A stretch of 56,601 nt of DNA, filler included, from Catajapyx aquilonaris (lineage: Eukaryota), in the NCBI GenBank assembly GCA_000934665.2. It is 3 parts of 3 records of this genome, joined end to end, with 100 filler letters (N's around TTAATTAATTAA, not from the genome) between each part and the next. Parts side by side here need not be neighbours in the genome. Positions count along the whole stretch, not along the records: positions 18,908 to 37,707 come from JYFJ02006606.1; positions 37,808 to 56,601 come from JYFJ02006607.1; 1 more part is not named here. One strand, written 5' to 3'. Shown piece after piece: positions 34,628-47,839 of this stretch. Below the pieces are notes generated by a model. It was not told where the DNA came from and did not search any database. It saw only the letters and a list, made by a program, of their open reading frames with translations. A program made the translations under genes and the position numbers. Position 1 is the stretch's first letter. The number at the start of each line of letters is the position of its first letter.

Positions 34628-35309
34628 ATGAGCTCGCTTTTGAAGGTTTTGGGCAGGATGCAGCTGCTGAGGGCGGCCCCTGGGCTGCCCACGGGGCTTC
34701 CCAGGGCGTGCTACGCGTGGGAAAGGCCCACGGGACCCAGGCACTGGCTGACGTACAACGACAAGATATTCCCACCGCAGTCTGTCGGAGAGGAGAGGAG
34801 GCCATCCGTAATGATTTTGAAGTGTTAAATGCTCTGGGGTTTAATTGGTAATTACAAGTGATTTATCTCTACTGCAGTATTGCTGCCATGTGAAGAAGAA
34901 CATAAAGTACAGCCCCTGGAAGATGTGGTACATAGCCTGCCTGGTGCGGGGCATGTCGGTGGACGAGGCCCTGAAGCAGCTTGCCTTCGTGCGGAAGAAG
35001 GGGGCCGTGGCGGTGTCTGAGGCCATCAGGGAGTGCCAGCAGCTGGCAGTGGAGAGACACAACGTGGAGTACCGCAGCAACCTCTGGGTGGCGGAGTCCT
35101 TCGTCGGGAAAGGGACGGTGGTCACGGGGTACAGGAGACACGCACGGGGAAGGTTTGGGAAGGTGGAGTACTTCCACTGCCATTACTTCGTGCGTCTCGA
35201 GGAAGGAAGCCCGCCGGAGCACTATTACCCACAGAAACTGGGTCCTGTAGAGATGCTGAAGGAATACGTGGAAGAGCGCAGGAAGAGGGCCATCCGCAAG
35301 TCCATTTAG
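34628..35309 (+). CDS. mRpL22: Mitochondrial ribosomal protein L22 (uL22m); exons 34628-34807 and 34878-35309, 203 aa
   Basis: Presequence-like N-terminus, WLTYNDKIFPPQ, NIKYSPWKMWYIACLVRGMSVDEALKQL, RRHARGRFGKVEYFHCHYFVRLEEG. 70-bp phase-0 GT-AG intron; AATAAA near 35339. Confidence 0.93.
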
Positions 35310-35794
35310 ATCGGATGGCACATGGATGTACCACTGTTAATAAACCCTTTTGTAACCTTGCAAATAATTTCCTTCAGATCCATCAATTTTGAAGCGAACT
35401 GCATGTACCGCAAATTATCAGAGAAAATAAGACAAAAATGATCCCACAGGACTTGTAAATTATTTACATAAGGACCGCATTCCGGTTCTAAAAGTTGGGA
35501 GATAAAACTGGTTCCCCACTGACGCGAGACTCGAACTTGCCGCTGTAATGAATTATCCGAGCCACGCGACCATTGCTGACAAACTATGGAAGATTCGTCG
35601 CATGACGCACAATATTTTTATTTCGCAAACGTGTCTCGCACATTGATCAATATCGACACAAGCAGAATTATTCAAAGTGCTTACGACCACCTCGAGACTT
35701 TGGGGGAGGGGGGCCTGAAACTGTGAGGTTGGACCCCGACATTAATTAGACTTGTGGTTATGTCGCATTTTTTTTATTCCCAACGCTGCACATA

Positions 35795-36812
35795 CTAAGC
35801 CAGGATTTCATATGGGATTGGGTGCAGCTGAACAGGCTTGTTGTCCTTTGTGCTCACAAAGTGACCCTCACGTGGGTGGGTTGGCTGAAATGGGGGAAAC
35901 AAAAAAGGTCAGTGGTCAACTCATTTTCGTACCTTTCTGCACAAAATTTAGGTCGATCCCATGCAATAAGATACTTCAATTTGCAGATTATTTCGTTTAA
36001 CTCTGAAGGTGTGTTTACATGCGAGTGATTTGATGAGCGAAGTCTTCGCTGAGGTTGGAATTAACAATTCGCCTCAATATCGGTTACTTTGGTTATGAAG
36101 ATTCGGTGAAGACTTCGCTCGTCAAATCGCTCACATGTAAATGCACCTTGACGTCTTATTACAACTTCTTTGGTTTCATCGCGGAGCGAATTGCGCACAT
36201 GTAAGCGCAGCCTGAATAGTACTGTAATAAGATGCCAAGGTGCGTTTACATGCGAGAGATTCGCTCAGCGATGGAACCAATTTGGGGGGCACAAAATGCG
36301 ATTGTTACTTTCACCCCAAACAATTGGGTTTCATCGCTGAGCGAATCGCTCACACGTAAGCGTGGCATAATCCTTTTCGGTGGAAGCATGCAAAATATTG
36401 TTACTAGCCAGTTACTAACCTCTCTCTTAAGATTGACCCTAACCCCCTTAACCCGAGCCTCCTTCTTCTTCTCCTCATTCTCCTTGACGCGCCTGAGGAA
36501 ATCGGACCTGCACTTGGAGTGGTTAACATGCTCAATGCGGACGTTGATCCTCTTGGCCAGGATCCGGCCCTTGACCCGCTTGTTCACGATGATCCCGAGT
36601 GAACGGGGGGTCACCGTGTAGACCCTCCCTGTCTTCCCATGGTAGTACTTGTGGGGCATCCCCTTGTGGACGGCCCCGTTGGCCTTGATGTCAACCACGT
36701 CTCCTACATGGTACACCTTCATGTAGATGGACAGCGGGAGGGTTCCGTGCTTACGGAAGGGCCTCGAGAACAGGCTGCGCGTGCCATGACGGTATCCCTT
36801 CGCGTTCGTCAT
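35795..36812 (-). CDS. RpL21: 60S ribosomal protein L21 (eL21); coding exons 36812-36420 and 35884-35795, 160 aa
   Basis: [47 protein letters not shown]. Donor GTTAGT at 36419, acceptor TTTCAG before 35884, last exon [35 protein letters not shown] just downstream. Confidence 0.96.
36006..36365. mobile_element. Cluster of related hairpin MITEs (PIF/Harbinger-like termini) in the last RpL21 intron
   Basis: 36006-36149 has about 45-bp inverted arms AAGGTGTGTTTACATGCGAG.. / ..CTCACATGTAAATGCACCTT. 36237-36365 is a second copy with the same terminus; 36170-36213 is a lone arm. Confidence 0.7.
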
Positions 36813-36853
36813 CCTTCACAGGCTGGAACAAAAATGGCTTATCAATATGCTCT

Positions 36854-36984
36854 ACACAGGGTGTCCCGCAAGTCTGCACCAATATTGCTACAGGGTGTCT
36901 GCACCCATATTATTTGTATGCCTTGTTATAGTAGATGTAATGTAATATGAAATTCCGGAGTCCAAACTTGTGAGACACCCTGTA
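36854..36984. mobile_element. Tc1/mariner-type MITE in the RpL21 5'UTR intron
   Basis: ACAGGGTGTCCCGCAAGT ... ACTTGTGAGACACCCTGTA inverted termini with TA flanks. Confidence 0.6.
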
Positions 36985-37289
36985 GAATAGAACACCGCCC
37001 GTTACATTCGGTGCTGAACCCCCGATGTCATGGCCTGCCTACACTTTTCGTACAATAAGGTCACAAGAAATGTAGCCATAACCAAAAACCTGACCTGGAA
37101 CTAACCTTTGACCTCTAATTTATAAGGCATTTATGTACGTAAATAGAACACTTCTTTGCATGTCTTTACAACCAATAATATTATTGGTGTTGCAGCCGAT
37201 ATGTGCACTTTTAGTACCAGAATTTCCTCAGGAATGTGTCCAGAACATAAAACCTGACCTGGAACTGACCTTTGACCACTATTTTTTAC

Positions 37290-37385
37290 CTTTTTTCCTT
37301 CCGATGCTGACCACGCCACGTGAAAAGGAATAGAATGGAAAAGATGGCGTCGCCGGAAATCAAACCGGAATTAAGATGGCGCTGA
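37290..37385 (-). promoter_or_regulatory. RpL21 non-coding first exon and core promoter (TOP/TCT-like)
   Basis: Minus strand: CGCCATCTT (YY1-like, twice), TTCCGG (ETS-like, twice), pyrimidine tract TTCCTTTTC, then donor AAG|GTAAAA at 37289; acceptor TTCCAG about 10 nt before the ATG. Confidence 0.65.
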
Positions 37386-37707
37386 ACCCCCACCAAACTA
37401 ATTAACGCTAATAAATGCCGCAATTGATTAAATAATTATTAATTTTAAAAAAATTATTTAATAATTAAATAACAATGTATGTTCCATTTCCAATAATTAT
37501 TGATCTGGGATTTGCCAGGGACTGATCCTGTCGTCCAATCCGGTTCAGCCAACGATATGTCAGCTCCGCCCACTTGCCAAAATCGGCATGCCTTTTGCAG
37601 GTATACGGAAATGATACGTGGTGCTCATTAGTTGCGGAGTCGGCCGTCAGTCGTCGCCACCTACCCAAGAGTAATAAAATATTGCTAGAGTGCTGCAGTC
37701 CTATCCC

Positions 37708-37807
37708 NNNNNNNNNNNNNNNNNNNNNNNNNNNNNNNNNNNNNNNNNNNNTTAATTAATTAANNNNNNNNNNNNNNNNNNNNNNNNNNNNNNNNNNNNN
37801 NNNNNNN
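37708..37807. other. Artificial contig linker
   Basis: 44 N + TTAATTAATTAA + 44 N, identical to 18808-18907. Confidence 0.97.
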
Positions 37808-38099
37808 CACCATACGGCACTCTCACCACTAGACGGCGCGATTACCAGTTGCAAGTCATTTGCATGGGGGCAGATGCTGCGCCATCATGCGGTTTTATTG
37901 ATAATTGTCTGGTTCTGTTGGTAACACTGCGGAGTAATTTGGGGTGCATATATGCAAGGATGAAGTTGCAAGGGAACCTTTTGATCATGTTCTTCGGAAT
38001 TATTGAATGTGAACCTAATATTTCGAGTAGCTGCTATCCATATAAATAGCCATTTGTCAATCCCAACGATCACTTATTATTTTGGGGTGGTGTGATGTC

Positions 38100-38352
38100 T
38101 GCCATGTTTGATTGGTCTTCTCCACTTACGTCCCTTATGCGCGCTTATGGAGACTGTCTCTACTTCTACGTTTGGAGGTGCTGGCCACTCTTAGCCACTC
38201 TAACTATGCCTCTCGTTGAGGCGTCGTCCCCTTCCCTTCCATTCCTGCAGGAGTTCGGCTGCAGGGAAGGCGTGTCCGGCCCCTTGTCCGCCCAGGGGCC
38301 GCCCCCAGTGTCCCAGTACCACCAGGGGAAACGAGATGCTGACATACATAAT
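38100..38352 (+). mobile_element. Dispersed repeat, probable SINE/LINE 3' end (second copy about 43153-43400)
   Basis: Two diverged copies of CCATGTTTGATTGGTCT.CTCCACTTACGTCCCTTAT..GTTGAGGCGTCGTCCC..GTCCGCCCAGGG..CCACCAGGGGAA..GAGATGC, each ending in a short (CATA)n tail. Confidence 0.7.
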
Positions 38353-38969
38353 CACAAGGCAGAGTACTGTACATGTATATGTCATGTAGGCTTACTGTGA
38401 CCTTGTGATTGTCCAGTTGTCCATTTATAAGTGAAGGTTGATCATTTGTATTGTTTGGTTTTTGCACTGCCTGTATTGTAGTAAGAAGGATTAGCATAAA
38501 GCAGTAGGCAGCAATGATGATTGTCGCTTGCTTTAAAAGCAGGTGTGATGCCTTGTAGTTGAGCTATGTTCTGATCTTTAAATACCTTGGGCAGCTGAGT
38601 TGAGCTCTTTGTAATGTTCATGCCCATATGTAATTAGAATAATTTTGAGTAACAAGTGGTTAAATTACTGGCTTAATTGGTAACTTCCAGTCTGGGTTTT
38701 AAGGCATTTCATGTACAGCAGTGATCCATTGCTGCACAGGGTTGATGTACCTCGTTCATAATTGGAATTTGAGTATGCCTCTAAGCATTCTCACCTTCTG
38801 GCAGATTAATGTGTCGTCATAAGTTGAAAGGTGCGGATTTTTTCAGCACAATTTCTGGCATTGTGTGTTCATCCAATTGATCTTGTTTCCTTTCACGTGG
38901 ATTTTTCTGTTTATAACTGATGGATTTCAGAGGTGATACAGAAATGATGTGTGTCGTCCAGCAGGTTCA

Positions 38970-39130
38970 CCCCCAATTTGTTCACATCAATGTAGTGTAA
39001 AGCCGTGTAAAGTCGTTGGTTGGTCTTTAGACAACACACTATAGCCCCAAATTCTGCATCATTTAGCAGAAAACTATGGCCAGACACTACAAAACGCAGT
39101 GTTATTGTCTGCAATCTAAAAATGGTCAAC
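38970..39130 (-). mobile_element. Sola-like transposase fragment
   Basis: TITLRFVVSGHSFLLNDAEFGAIVCCLKTNQRLYTALHYIDV resembles the GHS(F/Y)xxxDxxFxxIE catalytic segment. Confidence 0.55.
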
Positions 39131-42100
39131 TTCTGGCAGATGTGTAACGTGTCGTCATAGGTTGTAGGTTGTCCTGTTCACAGACTCGCAGGTTGATCGC
39201 CTTGTTTGGTACTTGCACATGCATATAGTGTCAAAACATGGCAGGCCGATATAATTGATTGAAATGGCGTGAATTGCTGTGTCCATGTCTTCGTGCTAAT
39301 TTATGAACGTTTCAAAATACACAAACTCTTGGTGAAATGAAGGGTTGCCCAAATTTTGAGATAGGTCATTTAACACAGGTCTGCAAAATTTCGCTCATGA
39401 AAAAGATTTTAATTGTGAATAGTCATATTCGTTGGGACCAATGAACATGATAAAAAGTGTAACTACAGAAGCATGTTGCCCTGTTGGAGGCCACCAATAT
39501 AAGGATCGTGATACTTCTCGTCATCTTACTTGCTTGTTTGGAATAAGTGCTGACTCATGCCAGTAGCATTTTTGAATGAGAAGTTGATTAATTGCAAGTG
39601 TTCCTTCTGCAAATGGAATTTTTCTGCTTAGGATTAGATACATGGAATAAGTGATTTGAGTTGCTACCTTGCGTTTTTTGCTGCCTTTCGTGTCAAGCGC
39701 AAACATTTGGCAATGCAAGTTATTTATGGGGAGCTCCCCACACCATACGCCGAATCTTCAGATGACTCAAATGTTTCTATTAATATCTACTTAGTTCTAT
39801 GCAAGGGCAGAAAGATCTGAATAGTGCTCTATTGTTTCTGCATGATTTAATATTACTGTCCTTATTTAGGAGGGCAATAATCCCAGGCTTCATGTGCTCA
39901 TAGTCTCTAAGTGCAAGTGTGGTCATTTTTAAAGCGTGACGGCATATTTCGAGTGTAATAATTTGGCTTCATGTACTGCTTCCATGATTGTGTACATGAT
40001 TGTAACTTGGCTTTTCCCACTCCTACATCATCCAGGGGCCGTGTCGTCGGACATATTGAGTCCAGGGAGCTTCTGCGATTTCGGATCACTCGCTTATCGA
40101 TGATTCTAAAAGGCACAGAGAATATTAATTTGACACCTATTCTCTACTTACACTGCATTTGGGTATTGTGTAGTATTCATGTACGGGCGTCTGTTGCTTG
40201 CGATGGGTGATTGCGCAACTGCAGGGTCTGAATTTTTATGTCCTTAGATGGAAGTGTGTAATGCAAGACGAGAGTTTATAATCTATTTTAAATGGCGTTA
40301 ATGTCAGCATAAGGATATCTGTCACAGAAAAATATATGGACTCAAACCGGCGCACAGTGGGCAAGAAATCAGGTTTAGGCAGACAAAAATGAAAATGCTA
40401 TCAAATCGGACACATTTTCCAATTTTGAGGACTGTAAAGGATAGGTTATGCATGCCATGTGATCTTCATGTTCATTGGATAATCATTGTGGTCAATGTTG
40501 GTGTAATAAGTAATTTGGTTTCGATTTTAATTGATAAAAATTACAGGAATAAGACTGTAATGTTCGTTCTTGAAGGCACATACTATATTATCCAGAAAAA
40601 AGCAATACATTCTCCTTGTAACTGATTTACAGGTACATGTAAATTATTAAATACAAGATAGCACACAACAAAATAAACAGCTTTATAAAATCATAGAGCC
40701 GATGATAGGATATTCTTCCTAATTGCTGATAAGCCTCTGCACTAACCCTTCATATAATCTCATTAACTATTTTCAAAACTTTTAATTTTGCACTTTTCAC
40801 TGCATCATGTTTGACACTTTTTATCACAATCCGCGAACTTATTACGAGGGATAGCTTATGGTTACCATGAAATGCAATATGTTGTTCACTACTCTAATCC
40901 TGAAAATTGATCTCTTTATTTCCTGTGCTACACTATCACATTAAGATCAGTCCCGTTCTATCTAGATCTGTCCCGTCTTCATTTGTAGATTTCCTTCAAC
41001 TTGCCACGAGGAATGCAAAGCTGCTTGGCCATGCGTTATCCTGGATACTTTCCAGAAGATTATTGTTGGCAAGTGTAAGAAAGTTTTTGGCCGTGGGTTT
41101 ACTCCATAAAAGCCAATTGCAAGGTGGACAGCGCAAGTCGAGGGATGTTAACATTGACAATGTACATGGATTTTATGCATCAATAGGTTTATCCCTTCAC
41201 ACATTGCTTTTTCAACCATTTCTGTACAACATGTGAGACCTTTCCTGTAGACATGGATGAGTAAAAGTCGCAACAAACCCGCTGGTCTACATGGTTGAAA
41301 TTCACACGAAAACTAGTGTAACAGGCGTTCACAAAACTTTTTTACATTCCGTATCGCTAGTTTTTTAAATAGATTTTCTCTCTTGCCTGGCTTCATGGTT
41401 GGCTTAGGATGATCCGACGCCATTGATGTAAGATGCCGTGGCTGACGTTGCACAAATCAGCCAAACATCATACGACGTGTTCCTTGGTCAGTCTGTACCC
41501 AGCTTCGTCTGCCTCGATCACTTTGCCTTTGTCACCTTTCATGGTGTTGCCCTGTCGACAAAATGCGTCTGGTTCACGTTTTAAGACCATTCATGTGTAT
41601 CTTTGGATTAATTTAATTGTCGTTGTGCTTACGTTGTGGGATTGTGTAAATGGTAAATTATGAAGTCTTGGTAACTTGTAAAGTTACCTTTTATTTGTGA
41701 CCAGCTTCGATTTCCTCCTTATTCTGTTGTTACAACATATGAATTAATTATTCAAGGTCTATTTCATGGTTGACAGTATGAAAAATGACTTCCCTCACAT
41801 ACATGAGCTAAGCAATTTGGTCAATTTACTCTGCTACTGAATGAGGTACACACGATATTTAATGTCTCGCCAACTACGTTGGGTATTTATCTTAGTCGCA
41901 ACACTTCCACTTCTTTTTCTAATGGCCACGAGGTAGAAGGCCAATAATTATATATCCATATCGCTCCTCATTATTATTATTCCTCCGCCAGTTGTGTGAC
42001 GATATTGTGAATAACAGGACACATCCTGGAGCATATTTCACCAGGCATCAAAGTACGAGATAATTATGCAGGGTTATTCCTCTCATTGTAGTTCCAGACT

Positions 42101-45100
42101 TTGCGGACACCCTGCAGAATTTGTGCAGAACTTGAAGCAATATTTTTTAAAGCTGACACATTTCAAATGTTCGAGACCACTACAGGAAGATACTGGCAGG
42201 GTTTGGTTCAAATTTCTCATTAATAAATCGGCGAATTAATAAACGACACAGCCGGTGAGGTCACGTTCAAAGCGATCCGTTTGTTATTGCATCATGTTGT
42301 GCAATCGCCTTCATAGCAGTTAACTCGCGGGATTGGTCATCAGCTGCCGGTATTAGCTGGCTGATAATTACCGCACGTTCTGAGGTACTTTTGAATACAC
42401 GAATCTCGGTACCAATATTGTCAGTGAACCCCATGTCAGTAAAATAAATAAATCTGGCACAATTTCCGATTTCCTTGTGGTACATTGGGTTATGTTTAGC
42501 GCTCCAAAACCAAGATTGCTTTCCGTCTGTTTACATGGTCGACGTCGTTTTGTAGGGAGTGGGTTTGTAGGTGGAAGGGTGTAGTTGTAATCTTATTGGC
42601 ACGATCTTGGGGTACTATCGGTGCAGGTGTCTCAGGTTAGTCAAATTGTGGCTTTTTGTTGGTTAATTTATTGGTCAAACCTTGTTATGTATGGTCGAGT
42701 GACCTAATATGCATGTGGTGGTGTAGTCCCTTTTTGCCCTGTTACCGTGACTACCTTCTTCGTTCGGCCAAATATAGGCTACACCCACTGCAGTGTTCAT
42801 CAGTGCACAGGGTTGAGTTTCCTGGTCCCTTTTGATAATAGGAATATTTGTGTAGGCCTCTACAAATTCTCCCACAGATGATTTAATGTGTACTTATGGG
42901 TGGTAGGTCATCCAGAGGTGAAGTTGATCGTCTTCATGTTTGGTTATCGCACTTTCGCATGGGTTGTCAGACGGATTAGCATCAATCAGGCAACAGTGAT
43001 GATCGTCGCTTGGTGTACTGTGTCTGACGCCTTGTGCCGGTGATACCTTCTAGTCTTTTTATTCCTCTTTATCTTCCGGGTAGAAAGATGCAGATGTCCA
43101 TATCAGTCTCTGGTAGAATAATTGAAAGTAACCAGAAATTAAATAACTGGCATCCATGTTTGATTGGTCTGCTCCACTTACGTCCCTTATACGCTTATGG
43201 ACACTGGCAGTTCTCTTCTTCTACGATTGGAGGTGCTGGCCACTCTGCACCACTCAAACTGTGCCATTTGTTGAGGCGTCGTCCCTCTCCTTTTCATTTT
43301 TCATGAGTTTGGCTCCAGGGAAGACGTGTCAGGCCCCGTGTCCGCCCAGGGCCGCCCCCAGGGTCCCAGCCCACCAGGGGAAGTGAGATGCATACATACA
43401 CACCTCGCAGAATTTTTTCATGGCCATTCTTGTGATACCTGGGGTCATGTTTAGCGCTCCGAAACCAAGGTTGCTTTCTGTCTTTTTATTGGGTCACGTA
43501 TTTTTCTGCAGGCTGAAGGGTGTAGTTGTTGGCAAGATATCTTGGTCTACTCTGCTGTACATGGACTCTGGTGCCGAGTGTTAGTCTAAGTGTGATGACT
43601 AGTGGTTTAAAAAGGACCATTCCGCGGTCTGGCCGTTTTTTTCTCTCCCAATGGCCGTTTTAGGGGGTGGAAGCTAACATAAATACAAAATTACAGATGA
43701 AATAACATACATATAGCCTTTAGATTGTTGCACTTCCCAAAACAGAGCGAATTTGATTGGGACGCCAATCCAGCCCATATACCGGTGCTGAAAATAGGAC
43801 ACTACTTCGAGACGCACGATACATTATGTGATTGTTACTTTGTGTGGCTAAACAAAATTTCAGTACAGTCACCGGAGAAGAGCCCGGATGTCTCATGGTC
43901 GACAATTTTGTGATGACCACCCTCCTGAAGTGTCGCCTGTTCCATCCGGCCACAGAGGGCCGGACAGGATACAGACGACAATCAAGGGATGGCCGTGTGG
44001 TGATGGGGTGATATATTTTGATGGGATATTTCACTAGGCCACACCCAGCACAGTTTTCATCAGTTTGAGTCTGATGTTCCCAGTTGATATCATTTTGTGT
44101 GATCCCCTTAGAAATTCTTCACTTCCAGCAGGTCATGTAATTTGGCCTATGGTTGGCCAGTGTTCCATAAGTGAGGTTCATGTATTCCGATGGGGGTTTA
44201 GACCTTGTCACTGCCTCGGTGGTTGTCGGGCGCATCAGGGTCGTTCCTTCCTTTCGTACAGCTTTGCCTTGTCGCGTAACAATCATGCAAGGCGACAACG
44301 ACAACATTGCAGAACCAGGTCTAAGGCGTATGACGCCTCATTCACTTGACCTTATGACACTCATATCTATGTGCCTTACCTGAATCTATAGTTAGTACGA
44401 TAGGGAGAACTGGAGTATTTCTGTTTTATGAAAAACTTAAAATTTTGAAGGTTTTCATTGATGAACTTAATTCGCTTATTACGCTTCCATGGTATGAAGA
44501 GAATGAAATCACTTTTATCGACATGTAATATCTTTTATCAAATTGGGTGCTTGGAAATGCTTCCAAAATTGAGATACGCAATATCACAATTGCTGATGAC
44601 TATACCGACGGTGTGTGTGCCTGCAGCAGCCTCTTCTTCGCTCATTTCCCCTTGACTTCTATTGTTGGCACTGGAATGCTCATGGCCTCTTTTTGACTCC
44701 AGCGATGAAATTTGTTGTTGTCTACCTGCGCAGGATGTTATGGATGCGTCCGTTTTATGAAAACCTTATACAGCTATAACTTGGGAGGTTTTTCATGTTG
44801 AAATTGCCTTTTTTCGTTTTTCGAGTTACTGAATCTTCTTAACATATGATCCATATACAACAGTGTTCTGGGGAGGACAAGAAAACAGGCAAGCCTCTCA
44901 TCATGTCCAGGTCTGCCAGGATGGTAGATGGCATCAGAAGGTTTGATGCATATGATGATATCACCTCTCATTGCTTGATTCCATAAGTTGATTTGGATGA
45001 GGCCGAAGTGATTGTTTGTTTGGCATAATCAGGAAGGTGATGTCAATAACCAATCAGATGCATCATCTTAAATTTTTGTTTTCAATAATCCAATCCTGCA

Positions 45101-45759
45101 CAACCGACGCCATTTTCTTGCCCGATCATCAGGATGCAGTTGACATATCTCTCCCAAAGGACAAGCAAGCATCTTTCTGAACACCTTCCAGTCGAGATGC
45201 AAGAAATGCAAGTCCAAATCGGTCGAACGGTTCACTGCCTACTGACCCATAGAGTAAAGTGTGAGTGTGCGCCCTTCGTGTGCTAACCACTTATTGGGCC
45301 AATAACTAGCCCGATTGCAATGATTATTGTTCCTCATTGATATTTGGGATTAAAGAAAAAGTCAGTAACTTGACGTGAAAATATATTCAATAATTTTGAC
45401 AGTTCGATTGTATGTTGTACAGTTTACATAATGCCTAATTTTTGGCTACTTGTTGGGAAGGCTCTTTTCTTCGCACATTTCGAGACCATACACCTATTGG
45501 CAGGGTTACATATTTGTTAATATCTATTTTCCGCAATGCCAAAATAGGGAGTGACAATTATTGCTCAGTAGGTCATTTTGGAGCATCTGAACTCGTTGGC
45601 TATGTCCATTTTTGAGTCCCATTTTGACCCGTTCTCTGTGAGTAATGAGACAAGCAGGTTTAGTCGCTTAAATGTTATTGTGCATGACACGATAAAATCA
45701 AGCGGCTAATTAATAAGCCCCACAGCCGGTAACGTAATCTGCAAAGCTGCTCTGAGGTT

Positions 45760-46800
45760 GATCTAAAGTCTGTGTTTGCTCTTATATAGTGCCGCGCAAC
45801 CGTCGGTGAAGTATTGGACCTTCTGTACCTTTGGCAACTTACGTAGCAGCTCAGGTAGTAATTTGGAGGTGTAGGCATGTGTACATTCGTTGTTGAGTGT
45901 TCTTTCGATTCGCTGATGACGCAGTAGCTCTGGTGTTGAACTCACCTTCTCTTCATTCAATAATGCCCAGATTAAATAGCCATACTTGGCGAGAATAGAA
46001 AACATCAGTCACAGCTAACTTGGGCAGTGGTTGATTTTGCTGACAGTCCATGCATATAGTCATAGATCATAGTACCATAGACCATTTGGAGTCTTCACCA
46101 GCCGGTGGCGGTCGGCGTGGACATTGTTTTCAGGAATGGGGGGCTGTGAGGCTTTATGCTGGGCCAGCCCCCTGATCAAATTTAACTTAATAGTATACCT
46201 TCTGGATCATTGCGGAGATGCTCGTAGAAAGACTGAGCCCTCATTTTGTGGAGCTGAAGTTGAGCCCGCATTTCATCTTTTTTTTTTCCTCCTTCTCTTA
46301 CTTCAGAGATGTCTCCATCTTCTGACAATCAATAACTACAAACATCAGTGCGAGGATTTCCGAACCCAAGGTTGTATTTGGTTAGAAACACTCTCCAGTA
46401 CGTACTTCTCGAACATATTGACTGACCCCTGCTCTTACGGCTATTCACAAAATAGGCGCCACATCTTCTTCACACTTAACTCAGGAGGTAGGTATCCACG
46501 AACTGATTTACCCCTACCATAGTGGCTTTCACGGCATTTATACCGCTCAAGATTCTCGACAATATCATTTCCCGATTCCGCAAGTCCCTTGCGCCTTTCA
46601 TGCCACCACGATTTTCTGTGGGAGAAGACAATGTTCCAAGCGCAACGTATCGAAATAGGTGGGTAAGCCGGTTGCGTCTAATACACGCTATTGACTTGAA
46701 GGCCTCACAGCAAACTTTAACTGGAGTTCCACCTGCATTTGGGATTGTGTATGAAACTTGCATGGGACATTTCCTAGTCCTACCCGATATCTTGTGCGTT
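45760..46800 (-). mobile_element. Decayed Sola1-like DNA transposase
   Basis: Ordered motifs across frameshifts: VCCEAFKSIACI..TENRGG, CRESHYGRGKSVRGYLPPELSVKKMWRLF, YNLGFGNPRTDVCSY, MDCQQNQPLPKLAVTDVFYSRQVWLFNLGI, YFTDGCAA. Confidence 0.7.
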
Positions 46801-47839
46801 TTCGATTGTGTCCGTTGACATGAGGAATAAGCAGCTACTAAGCAACACTTGGGAGTGGAGACAGTAGTGCTCGCATCCCATGGGAATGGTTATAATATCA
46901 TAATTATGTTTAGAAACCGAATAAACAATATATGAGGGGTTATTTAAAAATACCTCTAGATGCGTACAAGAACATGGGTGAATTTTGTGTGCAAGATTTT
47001 TGTGACTAATGTTGCAGATGCACAAAGCTAATGTCATACACACAAAGCATTAAGGCAATGTGATACGCTGTAATTGCTAACTAATCGTGTAGAAAAAAAT
47101 ATTTTACATTAATCCGATATAGTATGCGTAATGCACAGTGGTTTATGTAAATCAAATATTTTTTGTTGCAGATACAGCGTGTGTTGTGGTTGAAATGGTT
47201 ACGTGCACAAATTCAAGTTAATTTTTGCTGAGTTTGGGTCCACGTCCGCATGATGCGTGGACCAAGCATGATTCTGCAAGGTTGACTTGGGGAAGCCGCC
47301 TCATGGTCACGTGGTGGTCCTCCTGTGCTTCGATGCCATTCTCCTGGAACCATCATGCAAGACATTGTAGCACACCTAGTCTAAGGTGGGTGACTTCTCC
47401 GTCACTCGACCTCGGGAGAATGAGCTTGTACACGGTAGCCACGTTAGAGAGAACTGTAGTATTCCTCGGCCTCGAGACGCGCCAATGCTGTGCAGATCGG
47501 ATCAGGAAGGTTTTCAAGTGAGATTGAATGTCGCTTTATTAGGTCATATTCAGAGTGGAGGACACCAAAGATCAATCAGACTCTCTTTAATTTTGGTCAA
47601 AGAACATTTAAACTTACTTTTGTACATAATACGTCAAGAATGTCTTTTCTCTAAATCTGAGCGTCATTCTTGGTTTGAATATTGGGTTTCCTCACTTCAT
47701 AAGAAGTGAAAAATACTGATCAACGCTTGGTGTTTTTTTCGGCAACCACTATTACCTCTTGCTTTGTACAGTACAAGTGTACTTTAGATTATCTTGGAAC
47801 TTACAGTTCATCCTAGGTTATTATGATTGTGTGTAACAT

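Noticed and set aside
36246..36419. C-terminally extended 188-aa RpL21
   Set aside because: Read-through into an intron; the canonical last exon is at 35884-35795 with good splice sites.
40351..40380. Transib terminal repeat (CACAGTGG)
   Set aside because: No matching opposite end with TSD and no recognisable transposase nearby.
43448..43679. Solo LTR (TGTTTAGC...GCTAACA termini)
   Set aside because: No TSD, primer-binding site or polypurine tract could be confirmed.
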